DNA of 64,000 bases from Eubacteriales bacterium (GCA_045658965.1 JAZOVZ010000078.1:1252-65251); one strand, 5' to 3'. Numbered from the stretch's first letter, positions 9,187-17,852 are shown. The notes: generated from the letters alone by a model not told the origin. Made by a program: numbers and translations.

Positions 9187-10275
9187 ATGAAGCATGAAAA
9201 AAGGCGCATTGTATTGCCTTGGTGGGTGCCGTACAGCATCCCCGTGATCATATTTGCCGTAATGATGATATTTATCATTGCAGATAAACCCGAATACACG
9301 GTCACGTTTTCTCCGGGGTACGATGGAGGCAAAGAAAAAATCGAGACGGTGGAACGAAAGGGCACGCTTGCCCTGCCCGATGATATTTACCGCCCCGGCT
9401 ACACGTTTGCAGGTTGGTGGTATGAGGACACGGATGGCTGGAGGCTGTGGGATTTTGAGCACGACAAGGTGTATGAGGATATGACGCTGACAGCACGCTG
9501 GGAGCGTATCACGTATACGATTCACCTGGATGCAAACGGTGGCGAGTGCGATATCACAGAGTATAAGGCTTACCCAAACGAGAAGTTGAAGCTACCCGTA
9601 CCCAAAAGAGAGGGCTACACCTTTGCAGGATGGTTTCTTGGTGAATACGATGCTGACGGAGGTATTTACGTTTGGCCTGGTGACGGCTATGCCAAAGCCA
9701 AATGGGTGACCTACCCGCTCGGTATGACGGTTACGATCGGTCACTTTGAGCAGGATAACAACCTCGAAAACGGACCCGAGGAGATCGAATGGTACGTCAT
9801 TGATTACAAGGACGGAAAATATTTTTTAGTCAGCAAATACGTCTTGACCTACCATCGATATGCCGAGAGTAATTATGACAGGACATGGGAAACCTCCTTG
9901 CTTCGCGCCTATCTGAACGGTGAGTTTTATGATACGGCATTCACCGAACAGGAAAAGCAATTCATCACGCCCACCGTATTGCCCGAGGGCGTGACCGACC
10001 GCGTATTCTCTCTTTCAAAAAAAGACGTGGAGGATGTCGTCATCGATTGGAAAATGGTTATGGGCATCGCGACTGACTACGCTGTTTCGCAGGGTTTGAG
10101 GGTGTATAACACTGCCTTCAACCCCATGCACGAGAACAGGGTGTCCTATGACATCGCATGGTACTCCATACGTGGAGCTTCCGTTCTGTGTGGTGCTTTT
10201 GGCAACACATTCGGCAAAAATGGAGTTCGCCCTGCTATGTGGATCGATGAGAGTTATTTGAACGGCAACCAATAA
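9187..10275 (+). CDS. membrane-anchored protein with Listeria-Bacteroides (InlB B-type) repeats and a DUF6273-like C-terminal domain
   Basis: AAAGGAG RBS 6 nt before the ATG at 9187. N-terminal TM helix. Two GYTFAGW repeats typical of the flg_new/List_Bact repeat. The C-terminal part has TWETSLLRAYLNGEFY and VFSLSKKDV motifs. Confidence 0.75.
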   Translation: MKHEKRRIVLPWWVPYSIPVIIFAVMMIFIIADKPEYTVTFSPGYDGGKEKIETVERKGTLALPDDIYRPGYTFAGWWYEDTDGWRLWDFEHDKVYEDMTLTARWERITYTIHLDANGGECDITEYKAYPNEKLKLPVPKREGYTFAGWFLGEYDADGGIYVWPGDGYAKAKWVTYPLGMTVTIGHFEQDNNLENGPEEIEWYVIDYKDGKYFLVSKYVLTYHRYAESNYDRTWETSLLRAYLNGEFYDTAFTEQEKQFITPTVLPEGVTDRVFSLSKKDVEDVVIDWKMVMGIATDYAVSQGLRVYNTAFNPMHENRVSYDIAWYSIRGASVLCGAFGNTFGKNGVRPAMWIDESYLNGNQ

Positions 10276-10301
10276 ATTTACATATGGAAAGGAATACGAC
10301 C

Positions 10302-11501
10302 ATGAAAAAAAGAATTTCAATCATAATCGCGCTTGCGCTACTGCTTTGCTCGCTATGTGCGGCCTTATCTGCGTGCGGTGACAAGGACAAGCACGAGATC
10401 AACGAGCTGCACCAAACCGCGGTTGTTAAGAACGACCTTGCCGAATACGGCAACTTCGTCTGGGCGGAATCGAGCAGAATTTATCGCTTTAACCGAAAGA
10501 CCGAGACCTTTTATACCGCCTGCATCGATCCCGAATGCGACGGCAAATGCCCTGTGGATTGCGTCTTCAGTTACTTTGCGGGCGTGCACGATCAAAAGCT
10601 GTATTTTTTAGGCTGGCAGCAGTTTACGAACATCACTATGCTTGCCTATCAGGACGTTGTGACAGGCGAGACCCACGTGCTCAAGACCATGAGCGACACC
10701 GCAGACCCCAATTCCTACCTGACCTTTATTGACGGCGATTGGTGGTACTACAAATGCATGCTGCTCAAGGAGGGTGGAGACGCGACCAAGCCCACGGATT
10801 ACGAGCCCTATATTTGCAGAATTTCACTTGACGGCTCCAAGGACGAAACCGTTTTCAAGCTTGCAGATACCGAATTTTTATATATGGCAGCGGACGGCAA
10901 GGTGGTGACCGCGCACACGGATAAGCTGTACGTAACCGACGCGGAGACCAAGCAAAAGGACGAGCTTTTCAATTTTACGCAAAACGGATATAAGTCCGTC
11001 ATGTCCAATGCGCAATATTTTGACGGCAAGATGTATTTCACCGCCTTAAGTCCCAACATGGCAACCGTGCAATATACGGGCGGACAGCAGCGCATGTCTT
11101 TCCTTATGCGCATTGACCTTGACACCCGACAGGCAGAACGAGTGGTGGAAGGACCCGTGGAAAACTTTACCGTGACCGAGCAAGGTATCTATTACGTGCC
11201 TTTCAAGATCCGTTATCATTACGTACCGGATGATTACGAAAGAAACCCCAATAAGGTGACCTACTGCTTGTTTGAAGAGTCCATCTATTTGTGTAACCAC
11301 GACGGAAGCAACGCCAAGGTCGTGTACACCAACGACAAGCTTGATTTTACGTTCTATTTCACGGTCATCGACAACACGCTGTACGGCTGGCTGTTCGATT
11401 ACAATGAGCAGGAAAAAAGATTTTCCTCCTCGGGCTATTTCGGATCGGTCAACTTTGACACGGGACGCATCGTACACGCCGAAAAGCCGGATAAGGAATG
11501 A
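10302..11501 (+). CDS. lipoprotein, DUF5050-like beta-propeller (divergent 4th paralog)
   Basis: Lipobox LSACGD and a DPECDGKCPVDC motif at the same position as DPFCxH in the other paralogs. GGAAAGGAA RBS before the ATG at 10302. Confidence 0.75.
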   Translation: MKKRISIIIALALLLCSLCAALSACGDKDKHEINELHQTAVVKNDLAEYGNFVWAESSRIYRFNRKTETFYTACIDPECDGKCPVDCVFSYFAGVHDQKLYFLGWQQFTNITMLAYQDVVTGETHVLKTMSDTADPNSYLTFIDGDWWYYKCMLLKEGGDATKPTDYEPYICRISLDGSKDETVFKLADTEFLYMAADGKVVTAHTDKLYVTDAETKQKDELFNFTQNGYKSVMSNAQYFDGKMYFTALSPNMATVQYTGGQQRMSFLMRIDLDTRQAERVVEGPVENFTVTEQGIYYVPFKIRYHYVPDDYERNPNKVTYCLFEESIYLCNHDGSNAKVVYTNDKLDFTFYFTVIDNTLYGWLFDYNEQEKRFSSSGYFGSVNFDTGRIVHAEKPDKE

Positions 11502-13864
11502 TGCGCCTATATAAATCAGAGCTGCGAAAGCTATGCAGCTCGCGGACGGTATGCATTGTTTTCATCGTGTTGCTGTGTATCAATTTTCTGCTTACGGCAT
11601 ATCTGTCAAAGCCCTTGCCCCACGAGGACGCGAAGCGCAAAGCAGTTGAGGACTATTTGACCGATCCCGAGCAGACCGCGCAATATTACAAGGAACTGCA
11701 AATGCTGGCATCCTTGAACGAGCGAGAGGAAGAACCGAATTTTCCGTACTCCTACTACGGCTCGCCCGAGTACGATGATTTTCTGATCCTGCGACTTGTG
11801 TATCAGCGTGCTGAGTATCTTGAAAGCGGGTATACCAAGCAGATCGACAGCATCATTTCGATGAGCGAGCGTAAGCTGGACGATATGTACAGCTTTTACT
11901 ATGACGACAGCGACTATGAGATCAAGGAACAAAAAGCGATCCTTGAGAGATACCGATCGATCAAGCAAAACGTGCAGCTTCCGCGCGAATACGCGCACGG
12001 CTACGATACTTATATCCAAAACAACACGGTCTCGGTCTTTGTGCTGCTTTGCATATTGGTCTTTGCGTCGTACCTGTTTTTGGACGAACGCGCCTCGGGC
12101 TTTGAGAGCATTTTACGCTGTGCCAAGCACGGACGCAGCAGGACGTTCGTTGCCAAAGCCCTTGCTCTGCTGACTTGTACGCTCTTTTGCGTGGTGGTCT
12201 TTTCGCTGACCACCTTTGCAGCCATCGGCATTATGCAAGGCTACTCGGATATCACAAGCCCCATCCAAGTCTTTGAGGACTTCGCCAAGGTGCCCTTTGA
12301 GGTGTCAATCCTTGGCTATATGCTGCTGCAAATGCTTGTGCGCGTGGTGGCGTTTGCGCTGATTGCCGCCTTTGTATCTTGCCTTGCCTGCCTGAGACTT
12401 CCCTACGTTGCATCGATCGGCGGGGGGATTGCGCTATACAGTATCAACGTGCTGATCAGTACGCGCACCTACATGGGCACAACGCCTGCGGTGCGTTATG
12501 TCAACCCCGCTGCCATGATCGAAACTTGCGCGCTGCTTGGCTTTGACCGATACCTTTCATTGTTCGGTTTGCCTGTTTCTTACGTTGTAACGGCACTATT
12601 GATTTCGGTTATGGCAACGGTAGCGCTGTTTGTGACGGGCGGTATTCTGTTCTGCAAGAACGTGCGCATACCTTCGCTCAAAAAACGCTTCAAGCTGTCA
12701 AAGCTTGCCGTGCTAAGTCTGCCTAAAGCGAAAAACAAGCCTGAAAAAGTGCACACTTTTGCTTGGTATGAGCTCAAAAAGAATCGCATTTTACTGCTTT
12801 TGGCTGCGATTGCCGTGTTGCTGCTTATCAAAAGCACGTACGTGGACAAGACCGTGGGCACAATGGAAAGCTACGATCAAGCCATTTATTACGAATACGT
12901 GACCACGATACAGCCCATGGAAATCGATGAGCGTACCGCATACATGACAGCGGAGCGGGAGCGCATTGACACAATTCTGCTTGCTGCCGAGTCCAACAGA
13001 AAAGCCTTTTCCAACGACCAAATGACGGCAGAGGAATATTTTGCCTACTGTGAGCAGCTGACCGACGCAAGGGCGCGCAATGGTGTGTTTGCCCGTGTGG
13101 AGAGCTACGTAAATTATATTGAGCGCAAGAATGCCGAAACGGGCGGTGATGCCAAGATCATTTACAGCATCGGTTATGAGCGGCTTTACGGCTTGCCCTC
13201 CGACGTCTTTGTGTGCGCTGCGCTGATACTCTTATGCGTGGGTACGTTTGCGGTGGAATACGCGTCGCAATCATCAAAAGGCGGCTTTTCGCAGATTCTG
13301 CGCGCCACCAAGCACGGCAGAAAGCGCACCTTTGCTTGCAAGATGCTGACCTTTGGCGCACTTGGTGCAGTGATTTCGATCGCCTTTCGCGCTGCAACGC
13401 TGTTGATCGTGTCTCGCAATTACGTGCTGCCCGATTTGGATGCCGCGCTGTATTCGATCCAAGCCTTTTGTGATGTGACGTCGGACGTCACGATCGGGCA
13501 ATATATGCTGCTTGACCTTGGGCTGCAGATTCTGCTTGGCGCGATCATTGCCGTGGTAGGCTGCACGCTCTCCTGCATCTGCAAGCGTCCGCTTGCCACA
13601 ATCGTCGCAAGCGTATTTGCCATCGGCTTGCCCGAGGTGCTTGCGAGCACCGTGCTGCCGCAGTTCGCGGCACTGAGCATTCTCTCGCTCTCCTCGCCGC
13701 TGCGCGTGACCGTCCTTTCTGCGCAAAAGCAGCTGTCCGGCTGTGATTTCACATATTTTTGGCGTGCTTTGACGCTGTATCTTTTGTTAAGCGCGGCACT
13801 CGTGCTGCTTGCAGGGCGCAAATTCTGCAAATCTTATTACAATGGGGGCTGCCATGAAGCTTGA
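11498..13864 (+). CDS. polytopic membrane protein, putative double-module ABC-2 permease
   Basis: 788 aa with ATGA overlap to the upstream gene. Two modules open with SELRKL and WYELKKNR. Paralog of 1113-3197. Confidence 0.75.
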   Translation: MMRLYKSELRKLCSSRTVCIVFIVLLCINFLLTAYLSKPLPHEDAKRKAVEDYLTDPEQTAQYYKELQMLASLNEREEEPNFPYSYYGSPEYDDFLILRLVYQRAEYLESGYTKQIDSIISMSERKLDDMYSFYYDDSDYEIKEQKAILERYRSIKQNVQLPREYAHGYDTYIQNNTVSVFVLLCILVFASYLFLDERASGFESILRCAKHGRSRTFVAKALALLTCTLFCVVVFSLTTFAAIGIMQGYSDITSPIQVFEDFAKVPFEVSILGYMLLQMLVRVVAFALIAAFVSCLACLRLPYVASIGGGIALYSINVLISTRTYMGTTPAVRYVNPAAMIETCALLGFDRYLSLFGLPVSYVVTALLISVMATVALFVTGGILFCKNVRIPSLKKRFKLSKLAVLSLPKAKNKPEKVHTFAWYELKKNRILLLLAAIAVLLLIKSTYVDKTVGTMESYDQAIYYEYVTTIQPMEIDERTAYMTAERERIDTILLAAESNRKAFSNDQMTAEEYFAYCEQLTDARARNGVFARVESYVNYIERKNAETGGDAKIIYSIGYERLYGLPSDVFVCAALILLCVGTFAVEYASQSSKGGFSQILRATKHGRKRTFACKMLTFGALGAVISIAFRAATLLIVSRNYVLPDLDAALYSIQAFCDVTSDVTIGQYMLLDLGLQILLGAIIAVVGCTLSCICKRPLATIVASVFAIGLPEVLASTVLPQFAALSILSLSSPLRVTVLSAQKQLSGCDFTYFWRALTLYLLLSAALVLLAGRKFCKSYYNGGCHEA

Positions 13865-14771
13865 ACTTAAACATATCAGTAAATCATACGGTGCTGTCCG
13901 TGCGCTCTCGGTTTTTTCCGCAGAGCTGACGCCCGGCATTTACGCGCTGCTGGGTCCCAACGGCTCGGGCAAAACCACGCTGATGCACATTCTGACCGAC
14001 AACTTAAAAGCGGACACAGGAGAGATCTTGTATGTGGATGATAACTGTGAAAAGCAAAACGTAAAGGCTATGGGCGAGCAATTCCGCGAAAAGATCGGCT
14101 TTATGCCGCAATACCCGGGCATGTACCCCAATTTCACAGCCAGGCAGTTTTTGCAGTACGTTGCCGCACTCAAGGGTGTTGGCGAGAAAGAGAAAAAGCG
14201 CGCCAGAGACGCGCAAATCGACAGACAAATCACCGAGATTTTGGACGAATTGGAGCTTTTGGACGTGGCAACGCGCAAGATCGGCACCTTTTCGGGCGGC
14301 ATGAAGCAGCGCCTCGCCCTTGCGCAGGCTGTGCTGGGTGATCCCAAAATCTTGATTCTTGACGAGCCCACGGCGGGGCTTGACCCCAAGCAGCGCATTG
14401 CGGTGCGCAACTACATCTCGCGCATCTCGCAGGACAAGATCGTCATCATTGCCACGCACGTGGTGTCCGATGTCGAATTTATCGCCAAGGAGATCATCAT
14501 ACTCCGTAAAGGAGAGATCGTCAACATGGCAGCTCCGCACGTGCTGCTGCAGGAGATTGACGGAAAGGTGTGGGAGATCTGCACAGAACAAAACCGGATT
14601 GCCGAGCTGCAAAGCACCTTTGCGGTCACCAATATCGCAACCTCGGAAAAGCATGCGGGCAAGGTAGTGCTGCGCGTGCTGTCCGACATACAGCCGACAG
14701 TGGATGCGACTCCTCTTCCCCCCATGCTGGAAGACTATTATTTGTACACATTCGGCAAAAAAGAGCAATAA
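13854..14771 (+). CDS. ABC transporter ATP-binding protein (ABC-2 type)
   Basis: Start is placed at MKLELKHISKSYG, overlapping the permease stop. Walker A, signature and Walker B are all present. Long blocks are identical in protein to 198-1112, with synonymous DNA differences. Confidence 0.9.
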   Translation: MKLELKHISKSYGAVRALSVFSAELTPGIYALLGPNGSGKTTLMHILTDNLKADTGEILYVDDNCEKQNVKAMGEQFREKIGFMPQYPGMYPNFTARQFLQYVAALKGVGEKEKKRARDAQIDRQITEILDELELLDVATRKIGTFSGGMKQRLALAQAVLGDPKILILDEPTAGLDPKQRIAVRNYISRISQDKIVIIATHVVSDVEFIAKEIIILRKGEIVNMAAPHVLLQEIDGKVWEICTEQNRIAELQSTFAVTNIATSEKHAGKVVLRVLSDIQPTVDATPLPPMLEDYYLYTFGKKEQ

Positions 14772-14779
14772 ATATCAAC

Positions 14780-14807
14780 GCAGGACCGCGGTACTCCGCG
14801 GTCCTGC
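14780..14807. terminator. bidirectional intrinsic terminator
   Basis: 12-bp GC-rich stem GCAGGACCGCGG/CCGCGGTCCTGC with loop TACT, between convergent genes. A T-rich tract follows. Confidence 0.8.
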
Positions 14808-14821
14808 ATCTATTTTGCATA

Positions 14822-16195
14822 TTACATCTCTTCAGCCAAGGTTCTGCGCTTTTTCCATTTTCCCGAGAGGAAATAGCAGAGGCTGGGGATGGCATATCCG
14901 TAGGGTGCAAGTCCGTAGCCCAGCACGAAGCCGAAAAAGCCCCATCCAAGCCCGATACCGAACAGCCACGAAAGCCCGATTCGCAGCACCACGCCGTCCA
15001 AAAGTGCCAGCACCATGCATAGCTTTGCGTGCCCAAGACCTTGGATGAACGCGCCGCTGCCGCGCATGATGGCAAATGCCGGGAACATCCAAAGGATCGC
15101 GCGGATAAACTCGCCCGACATGGCGTGCACGGCGGGGTTATCGGGGTCAAACAGTATAAAGAGCTGCTTGCCGAACAGCACGTATACGGTCACGAACAAC
15201 ACCGTCAGCGCAAATGAATAGATCCACGCCCAATGCACCACCTTCTCGGCGCGCTTTTGGTCACCCGCGCCGATGTTCTGACTGACCATGGGCATGGCGG
15301 CATACTGAATGCCCTGCGAGATCTTGTTGATGACGTCGTCAATACGCACGCCAACGCCAAACGCCGCGCATTCCACAACGCCGATATTATTGATCTGCGC
15401 GCTGACCACGATCATGGAAAGATTGATAAAGCCCGACTGGATCGCCATGGGCACGCCTTGCTTGGCGATCATGCCAACGTATTTGAGGTCGGGAATGAAG
15501 TTCTCCTTTGCAAAATCAAAGCCGAACGCCTCTTTTTTGCGGTAGAGGTAGAAAATCGAGAAGATAAACGACACGCCCTGCCCGATAATGGTTGCCCACG
15601 CAGCACCCGCAACGCCCCAGCCAAGCCAACCCGTAAAGAGCAGGTCAAGCACCAAATTGGTGACAGACGCAATGGCAATGAACATAAACGGACGCTTGGC
15701 ATCTCCCATGCCGCGCAGTACGGCGGAGACCATGTTATACCCTGCCGTAAAGAACAGACCAATGGCGCAAATGACCATGTATTGCACAGCCATATCGTGC
15801 GCCTCGTCGGGAATGTTGACCAAGGTCAGTATGGGCTGATGGAACAGCAAAATGACGCCGGACATTACCAGAGAAAGTGCCAGCACGAAGCCGAACAGCG
15901 TGCCCATAATGCGGCTCATTTCCTTTTTCTTGTTCGCACCCAGGGCTTGCGCGATCAGCACCTGCCCTGCGTTGGAAAAGCCAAGGCAAACCATAGTGGC
16001 AAAATTGACGATCAGCGAGGACTGCGATACGGCAGCAATGCCCGCCGTGCCGACAAACTTGCCGACAATGACCATGTCGATGGCGCTGTAAAGCACCTGC
16101 ATGGCATTGGACGCCATAAAAGGCAGCGCAAAAAGCAGCAGCTGCCGTGAAATGTTTCCTTGTGTAAAATCTTTGCGTAAGGTCTTGGTCGCCAA
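14822..16195 (-). CDS. MATE family efflux transporter
   Basis: 457 aa, about 12 TM helices, with the typical N-terminus (FTQGNISRQLLLFALPFMASNAMQVLYSAIDMVIVG). A TTG start is preceded by GAAGGGAA. Confidence 0.9.
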   Translation of the reverse strand: MATKTLRKDFTQGNISRQLLLFALPFMASNAMQVLYSAIDMVIVGKFVGTAGIAAVSQSSLIVNFATMVCLGFSNAGQVLIAQALGANKKKEMSRIMGTLFGFVLALSLVMSGVILLFHQPILTLVNIPDEAHDMAVQYMVICAIGLFFTAGYNMVSAVLRGMGDAKRPFMFIAIASVTNLVLDLLFTGWLGWGVAGAAWATIIGQGVSFIFSIFYLYRKKEAFGFDFAKENFIPDLKYVGMIAKQGVPMAIQSGFINLSMIVVSAQINNIGVVECAAFGVGVRIDDVINKISQGIQYAAMPMVSQNIGAGDQKRAEKVVHWAWIYSFALTVLFVTVYVLFGKQLFILFDPDNPAVHAMSGEFIRAILWMFPAFAIMRGSGAFIQGLGHAKLCMVLALLDGVVLRIGLSWLFGIGLGWGFFGFVLGYGLAPYGYAIPSLCYFLSGKWKKRRTLAEEM

Positions 16196-16290
16196 TATAT
16201 GTTCCCTTCTTTCAGTGGCCTATTCTATATTATAGCACGGTGGAGAAGAATTTGCAAGCGGTTGGGGGCAAGAAAAAACAAAAGGCAGCG

Positions 16291-16634
16291 GTGCTCGCTT
16301 GCTGTTTGCGCGAAGCGCAACATCGTTTACGCCGCAGGCGTAACATCATTGGGCGATAGCCCACATCATTTGCGACTTGTCGCAACATCGTTTATTTGTG
16401 CCGCGGTCAACAAGAAAAGCACCAAGCCGACTGGCGGCACTAGGGTACTCGCCTGCTGTTTGCGCGAAGCGCAACATCGTTGATGCGAAGCATCACATCA
16501 TTGCGAAGCACATCATTTGCACGAAGTGCAACCTCGTTCATTTGTGTCCGCCTGCGGTGGAATGATGTTGACCTTCGGTCAAATGATATTGCGTGCAAGC
16601 ACGCAAATGATGTTGTGTCCTGCGGACACAAATG
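16291..16634. repeat. hairpin-plus-ACATCRTT word array (two sub-arrays, the second with an inverted half)
   Basis: ACATC(G/A)TT occurs at 16320, 16343, 16363, 16385, 16474, 16495 and 16510, with a degenerate copy at 16531. AATGAT(G/A)T occurs at 16561, 16582 and 16606. Each word is separated by a different 5-6 bp stem hairpin such as TGCGCgaaGCGCA and TACGCCgcaGGCGTA. Confidence 0.85.
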
Positions 16635-16668
16635 AAAAAATCCTGAAAGCAGAGCTTTCAGGATTTTT
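16635..16668 (-). terminator. intrinsic terminator downstream of tRNA-Gln (also usable from the + strand)
   Basis: AAAAAATCCTGAAAGCagagGCTTTCAGGATTTTTT: a perfect stem flanked by A and T runs. Confidence 0.8.
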
Positions 16669-16744
16669 TGGCTGCGGCACTAGGATTCGAACCTAGGGAA
16701 TGACGGAGTCAGAGTCCGTTGCCTTACCGCTTGGCGATGCCGCA
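16669..16744 (-). tRNA. tRNA-Gln (anticodon CTG)
   Basis: Reverse complement is TGCGGCATCGCCAAGCGGTAAGGCAACGGACTCTGACTCCGTCATTCCCTAGGTTCGAATCCTAGTGCCGCAGCCA. It has a 7-bp acceptor stem, anticodon loop CUCUGAC, a GTTCGAATC T-loop and an encoded CCA. Confidence 0.9.
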
Positions 16745-16762
16745 ATATTTTCAACATCGGTT

Positions 16763-16791
16763 ATTATAACAGAAACATATCCGTTTGTCAA
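16763..16791 (-). promoter_or_regulatory. sigma-A type promoter for tRNA-Gln
   Basis: Minus strand reads TTGACA, 17 nt (ending TGT), then TATAAT, 18 nt upstream of the tRNA 5' end. Confidence 0.7.
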
Positions 16792-16914
16792 TACCAAAAT
16801 GAAAAATTTTCTAAAAAGTTTTTCCTTTTTTCAGTATGCTGCAAAAGTCTTGCATTTATACGGCAAATCGGATGTTTTGCGGGATTTTGGCGAAGAATTT
16901 TTGCATGCGAGGGG

Positions 16915-16943
16915 TTGCAAATCGGATTTGAATATGATATAAT
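16915..16943 (+). promoter_or_regulatory. sigma-A type promoter for tRNA-Arg
   Basis: TTGCAA, 17 nt (ending TGA), then TATAAT, 10 nt upstream of the tRNA 5' end. Confidence 0.7.
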
Positions 16944-16953
16944 AACACGGTAC

Positions 16954-17030
16954 GCACCGGTAGCTCAGCTGGATAGAGCACAAGCCTCCGACGCTTGGTG
17001 CCGCAGGTTCAAATCCTGTTCGGTGCGCCA
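16954..17030 (+). tRNA. tRNA-Arg (anticodon CCG)
   Basis: GCACCGGTAGCTCAGCTGGATAGAGCACAAGCCTCCGACGCTTGGTGCCGCAGGTTCAAATCCTGTTCGGTGCGCCA. It has a cloverleaf with anticodon loop CUCCGAC and an encoded CCA. Confidence 0.9.
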
Positions 17031-17032
17031 AA

Positions 17033-17075
17033 AATAAGCAGATTGTCCCTTCAGGGGCAGTCTGCTTATTTTTTG
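17033..17075 (+). terminator. intrinsic terminator after tRNA-Arg
   Basis: AATAAGCAGAtTGtCCCttcaGGGgCAgTCTGCTTATT followed by TTTTT. Confidence 0.8.
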
Positions 17076-17166
17076 TTCACTTTGATCGATTTGAACCTCG
17101 CGCTCGTAAGAGCGCTACATTTGCGCTGGGCAACTGAATGCCTTATACGACTATTCGCGCAAATAT

Positions 17167-17190
17167 AGGTTCTAAATCCTGTTCGGTGCC
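17167..17190 (+). repeat. partial duplicate of the tRNA-Arg 3' end (att-like scar)
   Basis: AGGTTCTAAATCCTGTTCGGTGCC versus tRNA 17005-17027 AGGTTCAAATCCTGTTCGGTGCG: 22 of 23 tRNA positions match, with one 1-nt insertion in the copy. Confidence 0.6.
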
Positions 17191-17195
17191 CTCAC

Positions 17196-17286
17196 CCATA
17201 CAATCCTCTTTTCTCTCTTTGATTCTATCTTTACATTTCGCCCTATCCGTGGTATAATATAGAAAACCCTGAAAGGCGGTACACCC
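17196..17286 (+). repeat. promoter/5'UTR module, copy 1 (TTTACA-N17-TGGTATAAT at 17230-17258)
   Basis: A segment of about 90 bp recurs at 17853-17942 with roughly 90 percent identity by eye. It ends at the ATG of the downstream gene in both copies. Confidence 0.85.
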
Positions 17287-17736
17287 ATGAATTGGCAAGA
17301 GTTTTATGATGCTGTCCAAGAATCTTATCACATAGAAGATGAAAAAACGGTCATTAAAATTCCTTTTGAAAACATCATTGAAGTAAATAGCGAATGCCTG
17401 ATTTTCAAGAATCTCAATGGGGCTGTCGAAAAAATCAATCTTGACGAATGTGTTCGGAATTTCAACTTGGCTTGGGGAGAAACAGCACAAAACCGCTCCG
17501 AAAAAATCATAAGAGTTGTAGGAGGCAGGTGCTTTTTAAGATCAAGAGCAGAAGCCTTTTATGAGTTTTTTACATCCGAGCATCATACAAGATTCTGTAT
17601 GCCCTTGAAGCAAACCATTTTTCACAAGTTTTTGAGAAAGATTGGTTGGGACCCGGATCCCAAAGCCTTTTCGAAGTTTTATTCTTTGCAGAAAAAACTC
17701 AATGCATTTGAATATTCCGCTATTGATTTGACTTAA
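17287..17736 (+). CDS. hypothetical protein (149 aa)
   Basis: ORF with its own consensus promoter and GAAAGG RBS. Visibly AT-richer than its surroundings. No motif recognised. Confidence 0.6.
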   Translation: MNWQEFYDAVQESYHIEDEKTVIKIPFENIIEVNSECLIFKNLNGAVEKINLDECVRNFNLAWGETAQNRSEKIIRVVGGRCFLRSRAEAFYEFFTSEHHTRFCMPLKQTIFHKFLRKIGWDPDPKAFSKFYSLQKKLNAFEYSAIDLT

Positions 17737-17773
17737 ATCAACATCATTTAAAACGGTCACCAAACAAACCGCG

Positions 17774-17802
17774 AAGGACATCCAACAGAGGGTGTCCTTT
17801 TT
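17774..17802 (+). terminator. intrinsic terminator
   Basis: AGGACA...TGTCCT stem followed by TTTTT. Confidence 0.6.
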
Positions 17803-17852
17803 GCGTTGGTTGTACCGCTCAGGATGACACGTGCGGCAGGAGCAAGCCCCAA

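Noticed and set aside
16377-16565. Small ORFs inside the repeat arrays (e.g. 16199-16483, 16377-16565, 47548-47730, 47570-47857, 61190-61528)
   Set aside because: Their repetitive peptides (HHIIAKHIICTKCNLVH and the like) are simply translations of the periodic DNA units. There are no RBSs, and both strands give similar ORFs.
16291-16634. Hairpin/word arrays as miniature CRISPR-like arrays (also 39851, 47482, 47822, 61190)
   Set aside because: The conserved word is only 7-8 nt. The variable segments are 11-19 nt self-complementary hairpins, not spacer-like unique sequences. Orientation flips within arrays, and no leader or cas context is present.
17088-17117. tRNA fragment or pseudo-tRNA on the minus strand (GATTTGAACC = reverse complement of a T-loop-like GGTTCAAATC, next to a hairpin GCGCTcttacgAGCGC)
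   Set aside because: The hairpin loop is 6 nt, not a 7-nt anticodon loop. No T-stem or acceptor pairing can be drawn. At best it is a decayed remnant.
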